IMG/VR virus record: IMGVR_UViG_3300027710_000022
Coordinates: 1-64,000 of that record
DNA: 64,000 nt
Reading direction: 5' to 3' (one strand)
Source: a virus
Taxonomy: Duplodnaviria; Caudoviricetes
The notes under the pieces were generated by a model. The model was not told the origin of the DNA, made no database searches, and saw nothing but the letters and a program-made list of their open reading frames with translations. Of the stretch, positions 29,432-39,548 are shown piece by piece. A program made the translations under genes and the position numbers. Position 1 is the stretch's first letter. The number at the start of each line of letters is the position of its first letter.

Positions 29432-30030
29432 AAAAAGGTTTACTATTAATCGTCTTTATTTTATTCGGTGCAGTATTATTCGCACAAGATACCATAAGAG
29501 TTAAAAATCAAGTATTTGAGGTACTTTACTCTCAAAAATTAGAATCACCTCTTTGGTTAAAATATCGTTCAATTAATAGACCGACAAATGTCAATAGAGG
29601 GTCTATGGATTTTTACACCGAAAAGAATATTAAAACTTCGGACGCCGAGGACTATAGAGCGAACATATATGATAAGGGTCATTTAGCACCCGCAGCTTCT
29701 TTTTCTGATAATATGGAAAACTTGAAACAAACATTTTCATATTTGAACTGTATGATGCAAGACCAATATCAAAATAGAGGTGAGTGGAGATTGTTGGAAG
29801 AACAAGAAAGAAAATGGGATGATGTTGAACCGTTAACAATAATCATTAAAGTATTTTTTGACGATACACCCAAAAGAGTACCAACAAATGCGGCAATTCC
29901 ATCACACATGCAAAAACACATATATTTTGAAAAACAAAAAAAGTGGAAATGCTTTGTTTTCTTAAATCAAAAGCCTAAATTTAAATGGGATGAACTTGAA
30001 ATGGTATGTCCACCAAGTGATCACAAGTAA
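29428..30030 (+). CDS. Exported DNA/RNA non-specific endonuclease (Serratia NucA-like)
   Basis: Signal peptide; YDKGHLAPAA, F...N...Q...NRG.W..LE...R. Confidence 0.85.
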   Translation: MKKGLLLIVFILFGAVLFAQDTIRVKNQVFEVLYSQKLESPLWLKYRSINRPTNVNRGSMDFYTEKNIKTSDAEDYRANIYDKGHLAPAASFSDNMENLKQTFSYLNCMMQDQYQNRGEWRLLEEQERKWDDVEPLTIIIKVFFDDTPKRVPTNAAIPSHMQKHIYFEKQKKWKCFVFLNQKPKFKWDELEMVCPPSDHK

Positions 30031-30033
30031 ATT

Positions 30034-30234
30034 ATGTTAAACAAAGAATTAGTAAACTATCAAGATAAACTATATTGGGTTTATAGAAGAATTAAACATT
30101 CACAAGTAAAGGAAGGTTCTGTTAATGATTTAAAGGAATTTTGGTACTGTGATATGGTAGTTAGAAATAGAAATCAACAAGACGATACCCTTTTATTTTT
30201 AAGAGAGATTGAAGAAGCTAAAATAGTTTCTTAA
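30034..30234 (+). CDS. Hypothetical phage protein
   Basis: 66-aa ORF in operon context. Confidence 0.6.
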   Translation: MLNKELVNYQDKLYWVYRRIKHSQVKEGSVNDLKEFWYCDMVVRNRNQQDDTLLFLREIEEAKIVS

Positions 30235-30610
30235 TTTCCTTTAAACAAATATTAGAGTACTTTTCTTCGTTTCTCTTAGCTTGTCTTTCTAAAGGGTTTT
30301 GAGAATAATATCTGGACAATTCGTATTCTCTATATTTTCTACGGACCTGCAAGTAATGCGTATATTCGTGAATTACTGTCGATATAATATCGTGTATTGT
30401 GTTATTATTTGGTAGATATATTATAATTTCATTTCTATAAAAACAATAGTTACCGAAAACATCAAAATTATCCATCTTACGTTTTCTTTCACTAAATCTA
30501 AACAATAACTTACGTCTTTTTCTATCACATAGACCAAAATACTTTATACACCACTTCAATGCATATGTGGCATAACGTTTTTTGGTTTCTATGTCAATAG
30601 TTCTACCCAT
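30218..30610 (-). CDS. Zincin-like (HExxH) protein
   Basis: TVIHEYTHYLQ...Y...P.E..A. Confidence 0.65.
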   Translation of the reverse strand: MGRTIDIETKKRYATYALKWCIKYFGLCDRKRRKLLFRFSERKRKMDNFDVFGNYCFYRNEIIIYLPNNNTIHDIISTVIHEYTHYLQVRRKYREYELSRYYSQNPLERQAKRNEEKYSNICLKEIKKLF

Positions 30611-30962
30611 TGTTAGTTTTATCTGTTTTTATAGTTCTCGTGGTCTTTTTAGGTGGTTTAACGAAATCGTTAATCGCGTCGAAGTTGTTTGAAATGTCTT
30701 TTAAAACCGCAGCAAATTCGTAATTTTCATTTTCCTCATGTTTTTTCAATAAAACGATAAGAAAACTTTTTAACTCCATGTCGGTTAATTGGGCTCTGGA
30801 TTTAACCGAACTCTTCATTAACTTAAAAACCATATAAAGTACTGACATTTTTTTCTCTTGTGGTAACGAGAAGTAATTCTCAATGGTAACATTAGATAAA
30901 ATGTTAATACTCACGGTTTCCAAGAATTGGATAAAAGATGGATGATTTACGTTTACTTTCAT
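30603..30962 (-). CDS. Hypothetical protein with a UVR-like helix pair
   Basis: EENENYEFAAVLKD. Confidence 0.6.
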   Translation of the reverse strand: MKVNVNHPSFIQFLETVSINILSNVTIENYFSLPQEKKMSVLYMVFKLMKSSVKSRAQLTDMELKSFLIVLLKKHEENENYEFAAVLKDISNNFDAINDFVKPPKKTTRTIKTDKTNNG

Positions 30963-31062
30963 TATTATTTCGTTTTTAAATAAATAGTGGGTGGATTGTT
31001 ATAATAAATAAAAAAAGGGATAAAATTTTAGTTTTACCCCTTATTTGAAATAGTCTAAAATT

Positions 31063-31422
31063 CTATTTTGCCCATTTTCCTCTGATTACAATTTGAGCGA
31101 TAATGTTATATACAGATAAATCTTGATATGTATCTTCGATAGCCTCACCTACCGTATCGGGTTTACCTAATAACACCAATTGCTTCAATCTCTGAATCTT
31201 ATCGTTCATTCTGAACCAAAGACCTGTCTGAGACAATTTAACCTCTTCAGGGGTCTCTAAACGGGTTCCTACGGAGATATTATCGGGTCCGTAGTTTAAT
31301 TGCTTTCTACAAAAGATTTCATACTGTTCCTTTAGGATTTTTTTGAATTCTGCTGTGGTTTCTGGGTACTTTTCCTCACATAATTTGATGGGGGATAGTT
31401 GTGGAGTGGTATCTTCTGACAT
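31063..31422 (-). CDS. DUF1599 (nucleotide-modification-associated) protein
   Basis: KQLNYG..NI...GLWFRMNDKIQRL...EAIEDTYQDLSVY.IIA.IV..GKW. Confidence 0.75.
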   Translation of the reverse strand: MSEDTTPQLSPIKLCEEKYPETTAEFKKILKEQYEIFCRKQLNYGPDNISVGTRLETPEEVKLSQTGLWFRMNDKIQRLKQLVLLGKPDTVGEAIEDTYQDLSVYNIIAQIVIRGKWAK

Positions 31423-31493
31423 ATTTTTGTGTTTTTTATTAATATAACGAATTTTATTTGTAATACAAAATATTTATATAAAAAACACATATC

Positions 31494-31742
31494 ATGGCAT
31501 CAGACGCATATAAAGAAATGCAAGCATCGAAAGATACACCAGGTTCAAGTCAACCAAAACACAAACAACTGATAAAAATGTTAACATTTAGGGTTGTTCC
31601 AGCATATTATAAGGAAATTGAGAAGGTTGCTAACAACCAAGAGGTAACAGTATCTAAATTAATTAGAAATTACATTAAAGAAGGTATGAAGAGGGACGGT
31701 GAATTAACAGATAGAGAAGAAAAAACCTTTGGTTTAGAATAA
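31494..31742 (+). CDS. Ribbon-helix-helix DNA-binding protein
   Basis: MLTFRV....YKEIEKVA....VTVSKLIRNYI. Confidence 0.65.
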   Translation: MASDAYKEMQASKDTPGSSQPKHKQLIKMLTFRVVPAYYKEIEKVANNQEVTVSKLIRNYIKEGMKRDGELTDREEKTFGLE

Positions 31743-31745
31743 TTT

Positions 31746-32075
31746 ATGGAAAAAAACATTATATCCGAAAATTTGATTAAAGAGGCCGTTGATAAGGTCT
31801 TATTTGAACAAATGTCAAAAGTATCAAGACAGGATTTTAGTAGAGTACAGTTTAAAATAGAGGAATTACAAAATTCTTTAGGTGAAACGGTAAAAGAACT
31901 GAGGAAATTAGAAGATTCTATACCATCAGGACTAAAAAGCACGTCAAACGCTAGAATTTCAGGTATAACCGTGAGTTTAAATAACGCCCAAAAACTATTA
32001 ATTCAACTTAAAGATAAAGTTAGACAATATAAGAAGTCTATTTACACACAATCTTTAGACGAGAAGAAAAAATAA
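31746..32075 (+). CDS. Leader-bearing coiled-coil protein
   Basis: MEKNIISENLIKEAVDKVLFEQ. Confidence 0.7.
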   Translation: MEKNIISENLIKEAVDKVLFEQMSKVSRQDFSRVQFKIEELQNSLGETVKELRKLEDSIPSGLKSTSNARISGITVSLNNAQKLLIQLKDKVRQYKKSIYTQSLDEKKK

Positions 32076-32077
32076 TT

Positions 32078-32434
32078 CTATTTTAACTTTTCATCACTTT
32101 TTAGGACTTTTTTACCCTTTTCAGTTAAGAAAAACATCTCTTCGGTGTCGTCATCTTCGTAAGAATTTACCAATCCTTTTGTTTTAAGTTCATTTAGGAT
32201 TGTACCTGCAACAATTTCACGTAAAAGAGCTTCAAACTCATCTTCATCAAATATTTCATCTTCAGTAAGGTCAGTATCTCCATTTATGAACTTCTCGGTT
32301 AATTTGTTAGATATATGATTTTTAGCGAAATCGGTAACCTCAATTTCATAATCCAAAAAGAACCCAGTTTCCACTAAAGTTTCAATTATCTCTTTCGTTC
32401 TTTCAATAACAATTGGTTGGTATATTTTTGACAT
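32078..32434 (-). CDS. Acidic hypothetical protein, possible winged-helix C-terminus
   Basis: L..KGLV.......FFLTEKGK. Confidence 0.6.
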   Translation of the reverse strand: MSKIYQPIVIERTKEIIETLVETGFFLDYEIEVTDFAKNHISNKLTEKFINGDTDLTEDEIFDEDEFEALLREIVAGTILNELKTKGLVNSYEDDDTEEMFFLTEKGKKVLKSDEKLK

Positions 32435-32544
32435 GATAAAAAATTTGATTTTTATTAAAATATAGGTAAAAAACACCAATAAAAAAAATTATTTGGTTGA
32501 AAGTGTCCACATTTTTTTATATATTATTGTATAATTAAAATATA

Positions 32545-33795
32545 ATGGGTAACAACAAAATTTTCATTCAAATTGCATCATATCGAGATCCGCAATTAAT
32601 ACCAACAATAAAAGACTGTATTAAAAACGCAAAAAAACCTGAAAATTTGGTTTTTTCAATTGCTTGGCAAAGGTCAAAAGAAGATGTGTGGGATAACTTA
32701 GATGAATTTTTAAATGACGAAAGATTTAAAATAATCGATATTAACTACGAAGACTCTAAAGGTGCTTGTTGGGCCAGAAATCAGTTACAACAACAATATA
32801 ATGGTGAGGAGTATACAATTCAATTAGATTCACATCATAGATTTGCGGAGAATTGGGATGATGATTGTATAAAAATGATTAAACAATTACAAAAGAAGGG
32901 ACATAAGAAACCTTTATTAACTGGTTACGTTTCATCATTTGATCCTGATAATGATCCAGCAGGTAGAATTCAAGCACCGTGGAAAATGAACTTTGACAGA
33001 TTTATTCCTGAAGGTGCAGTGTTTTTCTTACCAGCAACAATAGATGATTATCAAGAAAGAACTGAACCAGTTCCCGCTAGATTTTATTCTGCACATTTTT
33101 GTTTTACTTTAGGTTCATTTGTTAAAGAGGTTCCACATGATCCTGAATATTATTTTCACGGAGAAGAAATTTCTATTGCAGTAAGATCATATACTTGGGG
33201 TTATGATTTATTTCACCCACATAAAACAGTTGTTTGGCACGAATATACTCGTAAAGGTAGGACTAAACAATGGGATGATGATAAACAATGGGTTAGTAAA
33301 AATGTACATTGTCATAAAAGAAATAGAAAACTATTTGAAATGGATGGTGAGGTAAAAGATGTTGATTTTGGAATTTACGACTTCGGTAAAGAAAGAACTT
33401 TGGAGGATTATGAAAGATATGCCGGTATTTCATTTAAAAAGAGAGCGGTACAAAAATATACAGTTGATAATAATTTAGCACCTAACCCTCCTTTATATGG
33501 TGATGAATTTAATAATTCATTCTTATCAATTTTTAAACACTGTATAGATGTTACATTTGATAGAGTACCTGAAAATGATTATGATTTTTGGGTGGTTGCT
33601 TTTCATGATGAAAAAGACGAAACTCTTTTTAGAAAAGATGCAGATAGGGATGAAATAAAAAGATTAAAAAATGATCCTGACGGATACTGTAAAATTTGGA
33701 GGGAATTTACGGTGGAAAGTAAACCAAAATATTGGGTTGTTTGGCCACATAGCGAATCTAAAGGTTGGATGGAAAGAATAAAAGGAGATTTATAA
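32545..33795 (+). CDS. GlcNAc-transferase of the Skp1/GT60-like family
   Basis: IFIQIASYRD; GACWAR; QLDSHHRF..NWD; FYSAHF.F; YF.GEEI....R..T.G.D.F.P. Confidence 0.8.
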   Translation: MGNNKIFIQIASYRDPQLIPTIKDCIKNAKKPENLVFSIAWQRSKEDVWDNLDEFLNDERFKIIDINYEDSKGACWARNQLQQQYNGEEYTIQLDSHHRFAENWDDDCIKMIKQLQKKGHKKPLLTGYVSSFDPDNDPAGRIQAPWKMNFDRFIPEGAVFFLPATIDDYQERTEPVPARFYSAHFCFTLGSFVKEVPHDPEYYFHGEEISIAVRSYTWGYDLFHPHKTVVWHEYTRKGRTKQWDDDKQWVSKNVHCHKRNRKLFEMDGEVKDVDFGIYDFGKERTLEDYERYAGISFKKRAVQKYTVDNNLAPNPPLYGDEFNNSFLSIFKHCIDVTFDRVPENDYDFWVVAFHDEKDETLFRKDADRDEIKRLKNDPDGYCKIWREFTVESKPKYWVVWPHSESKGWMERIKGDL

Positions 33796-33803
33796 AAAGT
33801 AAT

Positions 33804-34571
33804 ATGAAAATATGTTTTGCAACCGAGGTAACATATGAAAATTATGTTAATAGAATTAAGAAAAGTTCGTTAAGTTGGTTTTTAGAAAGGGAATTAGATA
33901 AAAGAGGAATTTCATATTATATATCAACAAATTTACCAAATAATTTTAATGAATATAGTGACAATGATTCTATAAAGGTTTTTGATATTGAGGACCTAAG
34001 AAAAAATCATCCTACTTCGAAACAATATGAATTATTTCCTGAAGACCCGAGGGGGTTATATCCTTCTAGATATCCTTGGAATATGAGGAGATTCATTATT
34101 GAGAAGGCAGCACAAGATGGATATGATTATGTGATTTACATTGATGCTGATAATATGGTTATTTCACATTTAACAACTGATGATATCATCAACACATTAG
34201 TTGCAACTTACGAACCGAATGTTGTGTCAACTAACTCCGCAGTTTTTAGATACGAGGGTAGAAAACCAGATGATGTATTCCAATACCATGACAAATATAT
34301 TGAACATTTTAATTTAAACTTTAAAGACGAACAATACGACACTATAGATGGTCCCGTACAAGTTTTTATGGGAAACACAAATGAAGATATATTAAGATTT
34401 ACATCTAACTGGCATAAATTTACTGATTTTGGTTACGCACAAGAATTTGGGTTTGGTTATGGTAATAATAAACACGGTAATTTATCATTTGTAATTCCAG
34501 TTTCAAATTTTAAATTAGAATGGAAGGGGTTTCCATTTAGTCCTCATCATAGACCTGAAGATAGGTATTAA
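33804..34571 (+). CDS. Putative GT-A fold glycosyltransferase
   Basis: RRFIIEKA..DGYDYVIYIDAD (DxD). Confidence 0.55.
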   Translation: MKICFATEVTYENYVNRIKKSSLSWFLERELDKRGISYYISTNLPNNFNEYSDNDSIKVFDIEDLRKNHPTSKQYELFPEDPRGLYPSRYPWNMRRFIIEKAAQDGYDYVIYIDADNMVISHLTTDDIINTLVATYEPNVVSTNSAVFRYEGRKPDDVFQYHDKYIEHFNLNFKDEQYDTIDGPVQVFMGNTNEDILRFTSNWHKFTDFGYAQEFGFGYGNNKHGNLSFVIPVSNFKLEWKGFPFSPHHRPEDRY

Positions 34572-34596
34572 TAATTATAAAAGATTTAAATCACAT

Positions 34597-36117
34597 ATGT
34601 TTAGTATTGATGGTGTTGTATTAGCAAATAAAGGGTTTTATGTAAATTTGGATTCGTCTGTAAATCGCAAGAATCATATTGAAAATCTAATTTTAAAACA
34701 TAATATTGTTGGTTTAGAAAGATTTAGTGCGTTGAGAGATGAGTTAGTACAATCGTCATGTACCAAAAGTCATTTAGGAATTTTTAAACAGGCTTTAGAT
34801 GAGGATTTAGAAATTATATTTGTTGGTGAGGATGATTTTGACATAAAAGAATATTGCTACGCACCATATAGTGATATTCCCGTTAGTTTTAATGAGTCTA
34901 TAATGAAAATTTCAGAGGACTTAAAAAATGTAGAATGGGACGTATTATTGTTTGGGTGTAATCCAAAATCTCATTTAATTCCTGTTACGGAAAATTTAGC
35001 AAAAAACTATTTTAGTACTGGTGCATGGGCATATCTAATAAAAAAGAGAGCTTATAATTATATTTTAGAAAATTCAAATTACTATAGAGATTATATTGCA
35101 ATAGATGATTATCTTCCACTTTTAAGTAAAAAGGGGTTTGTTACTTTAACAACAATACCATTAACAATTAACCACGCAATTGGATTTGAATCCACTTTAC
35201 AACCTAGAGGTCCTGTTAATTACGATGCATGGATACAAGGTAGTTATGGTAAATTTTTATACGGGAATTATAAAGAAAAAAGTTTTAATAGTATGTCATT
35301 AGAAAAACAAACAACGGTAGTAATAACGGGTCATTATGTTGAGAATTATTTTTTTTATTTAAGTTATCTTTTACATAGTTTACCTGACGAATTATTAAAA
35401 TGTAGATTTATTGTTCATTATGATGAAGGACATGGTCACGATAGTTCGACTCAAAAAGTTAAATTAAATGCATTTTTTAGAGACTATGATAAAAACATCA
35501 ATGTAACTTTAAGTTATGGGTACGGTGGATTAATATCAAGTTTAGAATCGGTAATGGAACAAGTAACAACTCCATATTTTATATTTTTAGAACATGATTG
35601 GGTATTTTTGAAAAAAGACAATATTGATTTTCTAAATTTAATGAAGGCATTTAATAATCATGATTTTATAAATGCCGTTTGGTTTTCAAAAGATGACAAT
35701 ACAATGAGAGGTTTTGATATTGCTAGAGATATCGATGATGTAACAACTCCTTTTGGTAAGGAGGATAGAGTAAGTGAGGTTAATTTAGTAACAACTTGTA
35801 GATGGTCAAATAATCCTGTTATGTTCAGATTGAGTAAATTAAAAGAATGGTATTATAACATAATTAAAAATGAATACGTTGGTGTCGTTCATCAGGCTCA
35901 ACAAAATATTGAAGAAACAATGATACCTCATTATAGGGATATAATTAGTAAAAATAAATGGTTAGATATTAGAGATAATTGGGGAACCTTTTTATATGGT
36001 GCATTAAATGAAGGTCCGTATGTTGGTCACACTGACGCATCAAAAAGATACCAAGGTATTGCAAAATCAGGTCCAGAATATAATGGTGAGGAATATATAA
36101 AAAATAACCCATTATAG
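34597..36117 (+). CDS. Two-domain glycosyltransferase (GT25-like plus GT2-like)
   Basis: FYVNLD...RK...CTKSHL.I...GEDD; second domain TPY.IFLEHDW...WSNNP. Confidence 0.7.
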   Translation: MFSIDGVVLANKGFYVNLDSSVNRKNHIENLILKHNIVGLERFSALRDELVQSSCTKSHLGIFKQALDEDLEIIFVGEDDFDIKEYCYAPYSDIPVSFNESIMKISEDLKNVEWDVLLFGCNPKSHLIPVTENLAKNYFSTGAWAYLIKKRAYNYILENSNYYRDYIAIDDYLPLLSKKGFVTLTTIPLTINHAIGFESTLQPRGPVNYDAWIQGSYGKFLYGNYKEKSFNSMSLEKQTTVVITGHYVENYFFYLSYLLHSLPDELLKCRFIVHYDEGHGHDSSTQKVKLNAFFRDYDKNINVTLSYGYGGLISSLESVMEQVTTPYFIFLEHDWVFLKKDNIDFLNLMKAFNNHDFINAVWFSKDDNTMRGFDIARDIDDVTTPFGKEDRVSEVNLVTTCRWSNNPVMFRLSKLKEWYYNIIKNEYVGVVHQAQQNIEETMIPHYRDIISKNKWLDIRDNWGTFLYGALNEGPYVGHTDASKRYQGIAKSGPEYNGEEYIKNNPL

Positions 36118-36118
36118 A

Positions 36119-36739
36119 ATGAAGATTAATCTTTTTACCGGATGGTATTATGTACCTAAAAATCCTATAAGGGAGGACGAGTTTAATTTTTGTTATGAAA
36201 AAAATAAAAAACTAAACTTTGGTGAGTATTATATTGATAGAACTCAAAGACCGACTTATAATTCATTTTTAAACGAAATGAAAAAATATCCAAATGATAT
36301 TAACATAATAGCAAATCCTGATAATTTTTTTGACGAGAAATTTTTAAATGATGTATATGAACTATACTCCAAATATGAAAACAAAGAAAAATTGTGTTTA
36401 GGGTTAACAAGATGGAACTATATCAATGAGGGAGATGTAAGATATTTTAATGCCAAGGACTCACAAGATATTTTTATATTTTACGGTTCAGTAGATTTAA
36501 ACGTTGGCGAACAAATACCTTTAGGTAGACCCGGATGTGATAATAGATTGGCGGCAATATTAATAAATGATTTAAAAATGGATGTCTTTAACCCAAGTTT
36601 AGATTTAAAATATTATCATTATCACCCATCTGACGATTCAACAAGAACCTATTTAAATGAAAAATTAGAAAGGACTGAATTTGTTATGGGACCTCATGAA
36701 TTTATATATTCATGTAGATTAAATGATGTTAAAAAATAA
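36119..36739 (+). CDS. Glycosylation-cluster protein, putative glycosyltransferase
   Basis: IIANPDNFFD, SQD..IF, LGRPGCDNR.A...NPS. Confidence 0.5.
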   Translation: MKINLFTGWYYVPKNPIREDEFNFCYEKNKKLNFGEYYIDRTQRPTYNSFLNEMKKYPNDINIIANPDNFFDEKFLNDVYELYSKYENKEKLCLGLTRWNYINEGDVRYFNAKDSQDIFIFYGSVDLNVGEQIPLGRPGCDNRLAAILINDLKMDVFNPSLDLKYYHYHPSDDSTRTYLNEKLERTEFVMGPHEFIYSCRLNDVKK

Positions 36740-39089
36740 AATTATGGAAATTGTTAATAAGATATTGTCATTTGACAATAAAAAAATAGATGGTAGTATA
36801 ATAAATGATGAACAAATAAAAAATTTAGTTTTTTATTTGTTAGACTCAATTGATAATAATGTCGACGGAGATGTTGTTGAATTTGGATGTTATGTTGGTG
36901 AGTCCAGCAAATATCTAATGAAAACTTTACTAGAAACAAATTCAAGTAAAAAACTTTTTGTTTATGATTCTTTTGAGGGTCTTCCTCCATTATCTAAATG
37001 GGAGGAAAATACAGGATGGAGAGCAGGGACGTTAAAAAGTACCGAAGAAATACTAATATCAAATTTTGAACAAAACAATTTACCAACACCAATCATCCAT
37101 AAGGATTGGTTTAAGGATGTCCCTGAAGATAAAATACCTGAGAAAATATCCTTTGCATTTTTAGACGGGGATTTTTACGATTCAATTTATGATAGTTTAA
37201 ATAAAGTTTTTGATAAAGTTACTGATGGAGGTTACATATGTTTTCACGATTATCAAAGAAATGATTTACCGGGTGTTCGTGCGGCAATAGAGGATGTTTT
37301 TAAAGAAAAAGGTGTTGATTATACCGTAGAGGAAGTTTGTGGTCAATTAGGAATTTACAGAAAAAATAGTACCATTGAAAATAGAATACCCCAAAGACCA
37401 ACTAGTGAAGTTAATTATGGTGGGACAACAATCGTTACAGGTATTTGGGACATTAAAAGAGAAGAACTTACCGAAGGGTGGAGTAGAAAATTTGACCATT
37501 ATTTAAATCATCTTTCTAATTTAATGAAGACAGATGATAACATGATAATTTATATTGAGGAGAAGTATAGGTCATTTGTTGAGGACCATAGACCCAAAGA
37601 AAACACATTAATAATTGTTAGGGAGTTGGAATGGTTTAAGAAGAGTGAATTTTTTAACAAAATTCAAAAAATAAGAAATGATTCTAATTGGTCCAACACT
37701 TCTGGTTGGTTACCTGAAAGTACGCAAGCAAAATTGGAAATGTATAATCCAATTGTTATGTCGAAGGTATTTCTTTTAAATGACGCATCAATAATGGATC
37801 CGTTCAATTCATCACATTTAGTTTGGGTGGATGGTGCAATTACAAATACTGTACATGAAGGATATTTTTGGAAAGATGGGGTAATTAAAAACGTTTCTAA
37901 ATTTTTTAATAAATTCTCATTTGTTTGTTTTCCTTATGACGGAAAAGTTGAAATACATGGATTTAAGTATAATGAAATGTGTATCTATTCTGAGGATGAG
38001 GTAAACAAAGTTGCAAGAGGAGGTATATTCGGGGGTCCAAAACATTTAATAAGTAAAATCAACGAAATATATTATTCATTATTAAACGATACCCTATCTA
38101 ACGGTTTAATGGGTACGGAAGAGAGTATATTTACAATCATCACATACAAATATCCTGAACTAGTTCAGTATTTTGAAATTGAACAGAATGGATTGTTGGG
38201 TTTGTTTTTTGAAAATTTAAAAAATGGTAATTTAATTCCGAGACAAGAAAAAAGTGAAACGATAAAAATAAATCCTCATAGTAAAGAAAATATTGCACTT
38301 TACGTAATGACGTATAATTCACCAAGTCAGTTTGAAAAATTATGTATGTCGTTTGAAATGTATGATAGAAATTTTTTAGATAGACCTAAGAAATTTTTAT
38401 TAAATAATTCAATAGATTCGGATACAGATTTAACATATTCAAATCTTTGTGAAAAATATGGATTTACTGAAATTAAAAAAGGTAATTTAGGTATTTGTGG
38501 TGGTAGACAATTCATATCAGAACATGCTGATGAGAATAATTTTGATTACCATATGTTTTTTGAGGATGATATGTTTTTTTATTTAGGTGATGATGAGTTT
38601 TGTAGAAATGGATTTAGAAGAAAAATAAAGGACTTCTATAATGTCATGTTAGATATCATATGGAACGAAAACTTTGATTTTTTAAAATGGAATTTTAGTG
38701 AGTTCTTTGGTGATAATACAAGACAGTGGTCTTGGCATAATGTACCTGGCGATACAAGAGCTCGGTTATTCCCTGAAAAACCTGTTAAAATAAATAATGA
38801 CCACAACTACGCTCCCTATTTAAATTTTAAAAACATTAAGTCATATAAATCGGTACCGTACGCATCGGGAGAGATATATTATTGTAATTGGCCACAAATA
38901 GTCTCAAAAGAAGGAAATAGAAAAATGTTTATAGATACAAAGTTTGCCAATCCATTTGAGCAAACGTGGATGTCTTTTATATATCAAGAAACATTAGAAG
39001 GTAAGATTAAACCGGGAATATTATTAGCAACACCAACGGAACACGATAGGTTCGAATTTTATCCAAGAGAGGACAGGAGAGAAAATTAA
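36723..39089 (+). CDS. Fusion: TylF/MycF O-methyltransferase + HtrL/WlaTC-like glycosyltransferase + GT2-like domain
   Basis: GDVVEFGCYVG, YDSFEGLP, FAFLDGDFYDS; TTIVTGIWDI.R...W.RKF..YL; C-terminal FFEDD. Confidence 0.75.
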   Translation: MMLKNKIMEIVNKILSFDNKKIDGSIINDEQIKNLVFYLLDSIDNNVDGDVVEFGCYVGESSKYLMKTLLETNSSKKLFVYDSFEGLPPLSKWEENTGWRAGTLKSTEEILISNFEQNNLPTPIIHKDWFKDVPEDKIPEKISFAFLDGDFYDSIYDSLNKVFDKVTDGGYICFHDYQRNDLPGVRAAIEDVFKEKGVDYTVEEVCGQLGIYRKNSTIENRIPQRPTSEVNYGGTTIVTGIWDIKREELTEGWSRKFDHYLNHLSNLMKTDDNMIIYIEEKYRSFVEDHRPKENTLIIVRELEWFKKSEFFNKIQKIRNDSNWSNTSGWLPESTQAKLEMYNPIVMSKVFLLNDASIMDPFNSSHLVWVDGAITNTVHEGYFWKDGVIKNVSKFFNKFSFVCFPYDGKVEIHGFKYNEMCIYSEDEVNKVARGGIFGGPKHLISKINEIYYSLLNDTLSNGLMGTEESIFTIITYKYPELVQYFEIEQNGLLGLFFENLKNGNLIPRQEKSETIKINPHSKENIALYVMTYNSPSQFEKLCMSFEMYDRNFLDRPKKFLLNNSIDSDTDLTYSNLCEKYGFTEIKKGNLGICGGRQFISEHADENNFDYHMFFEDDMFFYLGDDEFCRNGFRRKIKDFYNVMLDIIWNENFDFLKWNFSEFFGDNTRQWSWHNVPGDTRARLFPEKPVKINNDHNYAPYLNFKNIKSYKSVPYASGEIYYCNWPQIVSKEGNRKMFIDTKFANPFEQTWMSFIYQETLEGKIKPGILLATPTEHDRFEFYPREDRREN

Positions 39090-39098
39090 AAAAACCTC

Positions 39099-39242
39099 TT
39101 ATTTGGAGGTTTTCTTCTTTTCTTCAGGTTTTTGTAAACCTTTCTTTATCTCACCTTTTTTTTCACCGTCTTTCTTCATTGCGGTTTTGTGTTGTTCAGA
39201 GATTTTCTTTTTCTCCTCTTCAGACATTCCAAATACTCCCAT
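39099..39242 (-). CDS. 47-aa Lys/Glu-rich peptide
   Basis: Manual translation MGVFGMSEEEKKKISEQHKTAMKKDGEKK... Confidence 0.45.
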   Translation of the reverse strand: MGVFGMSEEEKKKISEQHKTAMKKDGEKKGEIKKGLQKPEEKKKTSK

Positions 39243-39243
39243 A

Positions 39244-39534
39244 TTATATTGTATTATTTTTTATTATTTCGGTTGAATCGTCTTTTTTATTTTTAAGTTT
39301 TTCACATTTTTCATATTCTTCTCTTTCCTCAAAAACTATTATTAACGAATCTATTATTTCTATGTACAACTCCAAATCATTATCATATGATAATATCGTA
39401 CATGTATTATTATAATCATTTAATATGTCATTGTCAAGGGAAGTGATGAAATCATAAATCATAGTCAATTCCTCCTCATCATAATTCCCAACATTTAAAA
39501 CTCTTGTTGCCTGTAATAAAAAATTAAAATTCAT
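39244..39534 (-). CDS. Hypothetical protein with a UVR-like helix pair
   Basis: FEEREEYEKCEKLK; TATTTATA upstream. Confidence 0.6.
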   Translation of the reverse strand: MNFNFLLQATRVLNVGNYDEEELTMIYDFITSLDNDILNDYNNTCTILSYDNDLELYIEIIDSLIIVFEEREEYEKCEKLKNKKDDSTEIIKNNTI

Positions 39535-39548
39535 ACTATAAATACATT

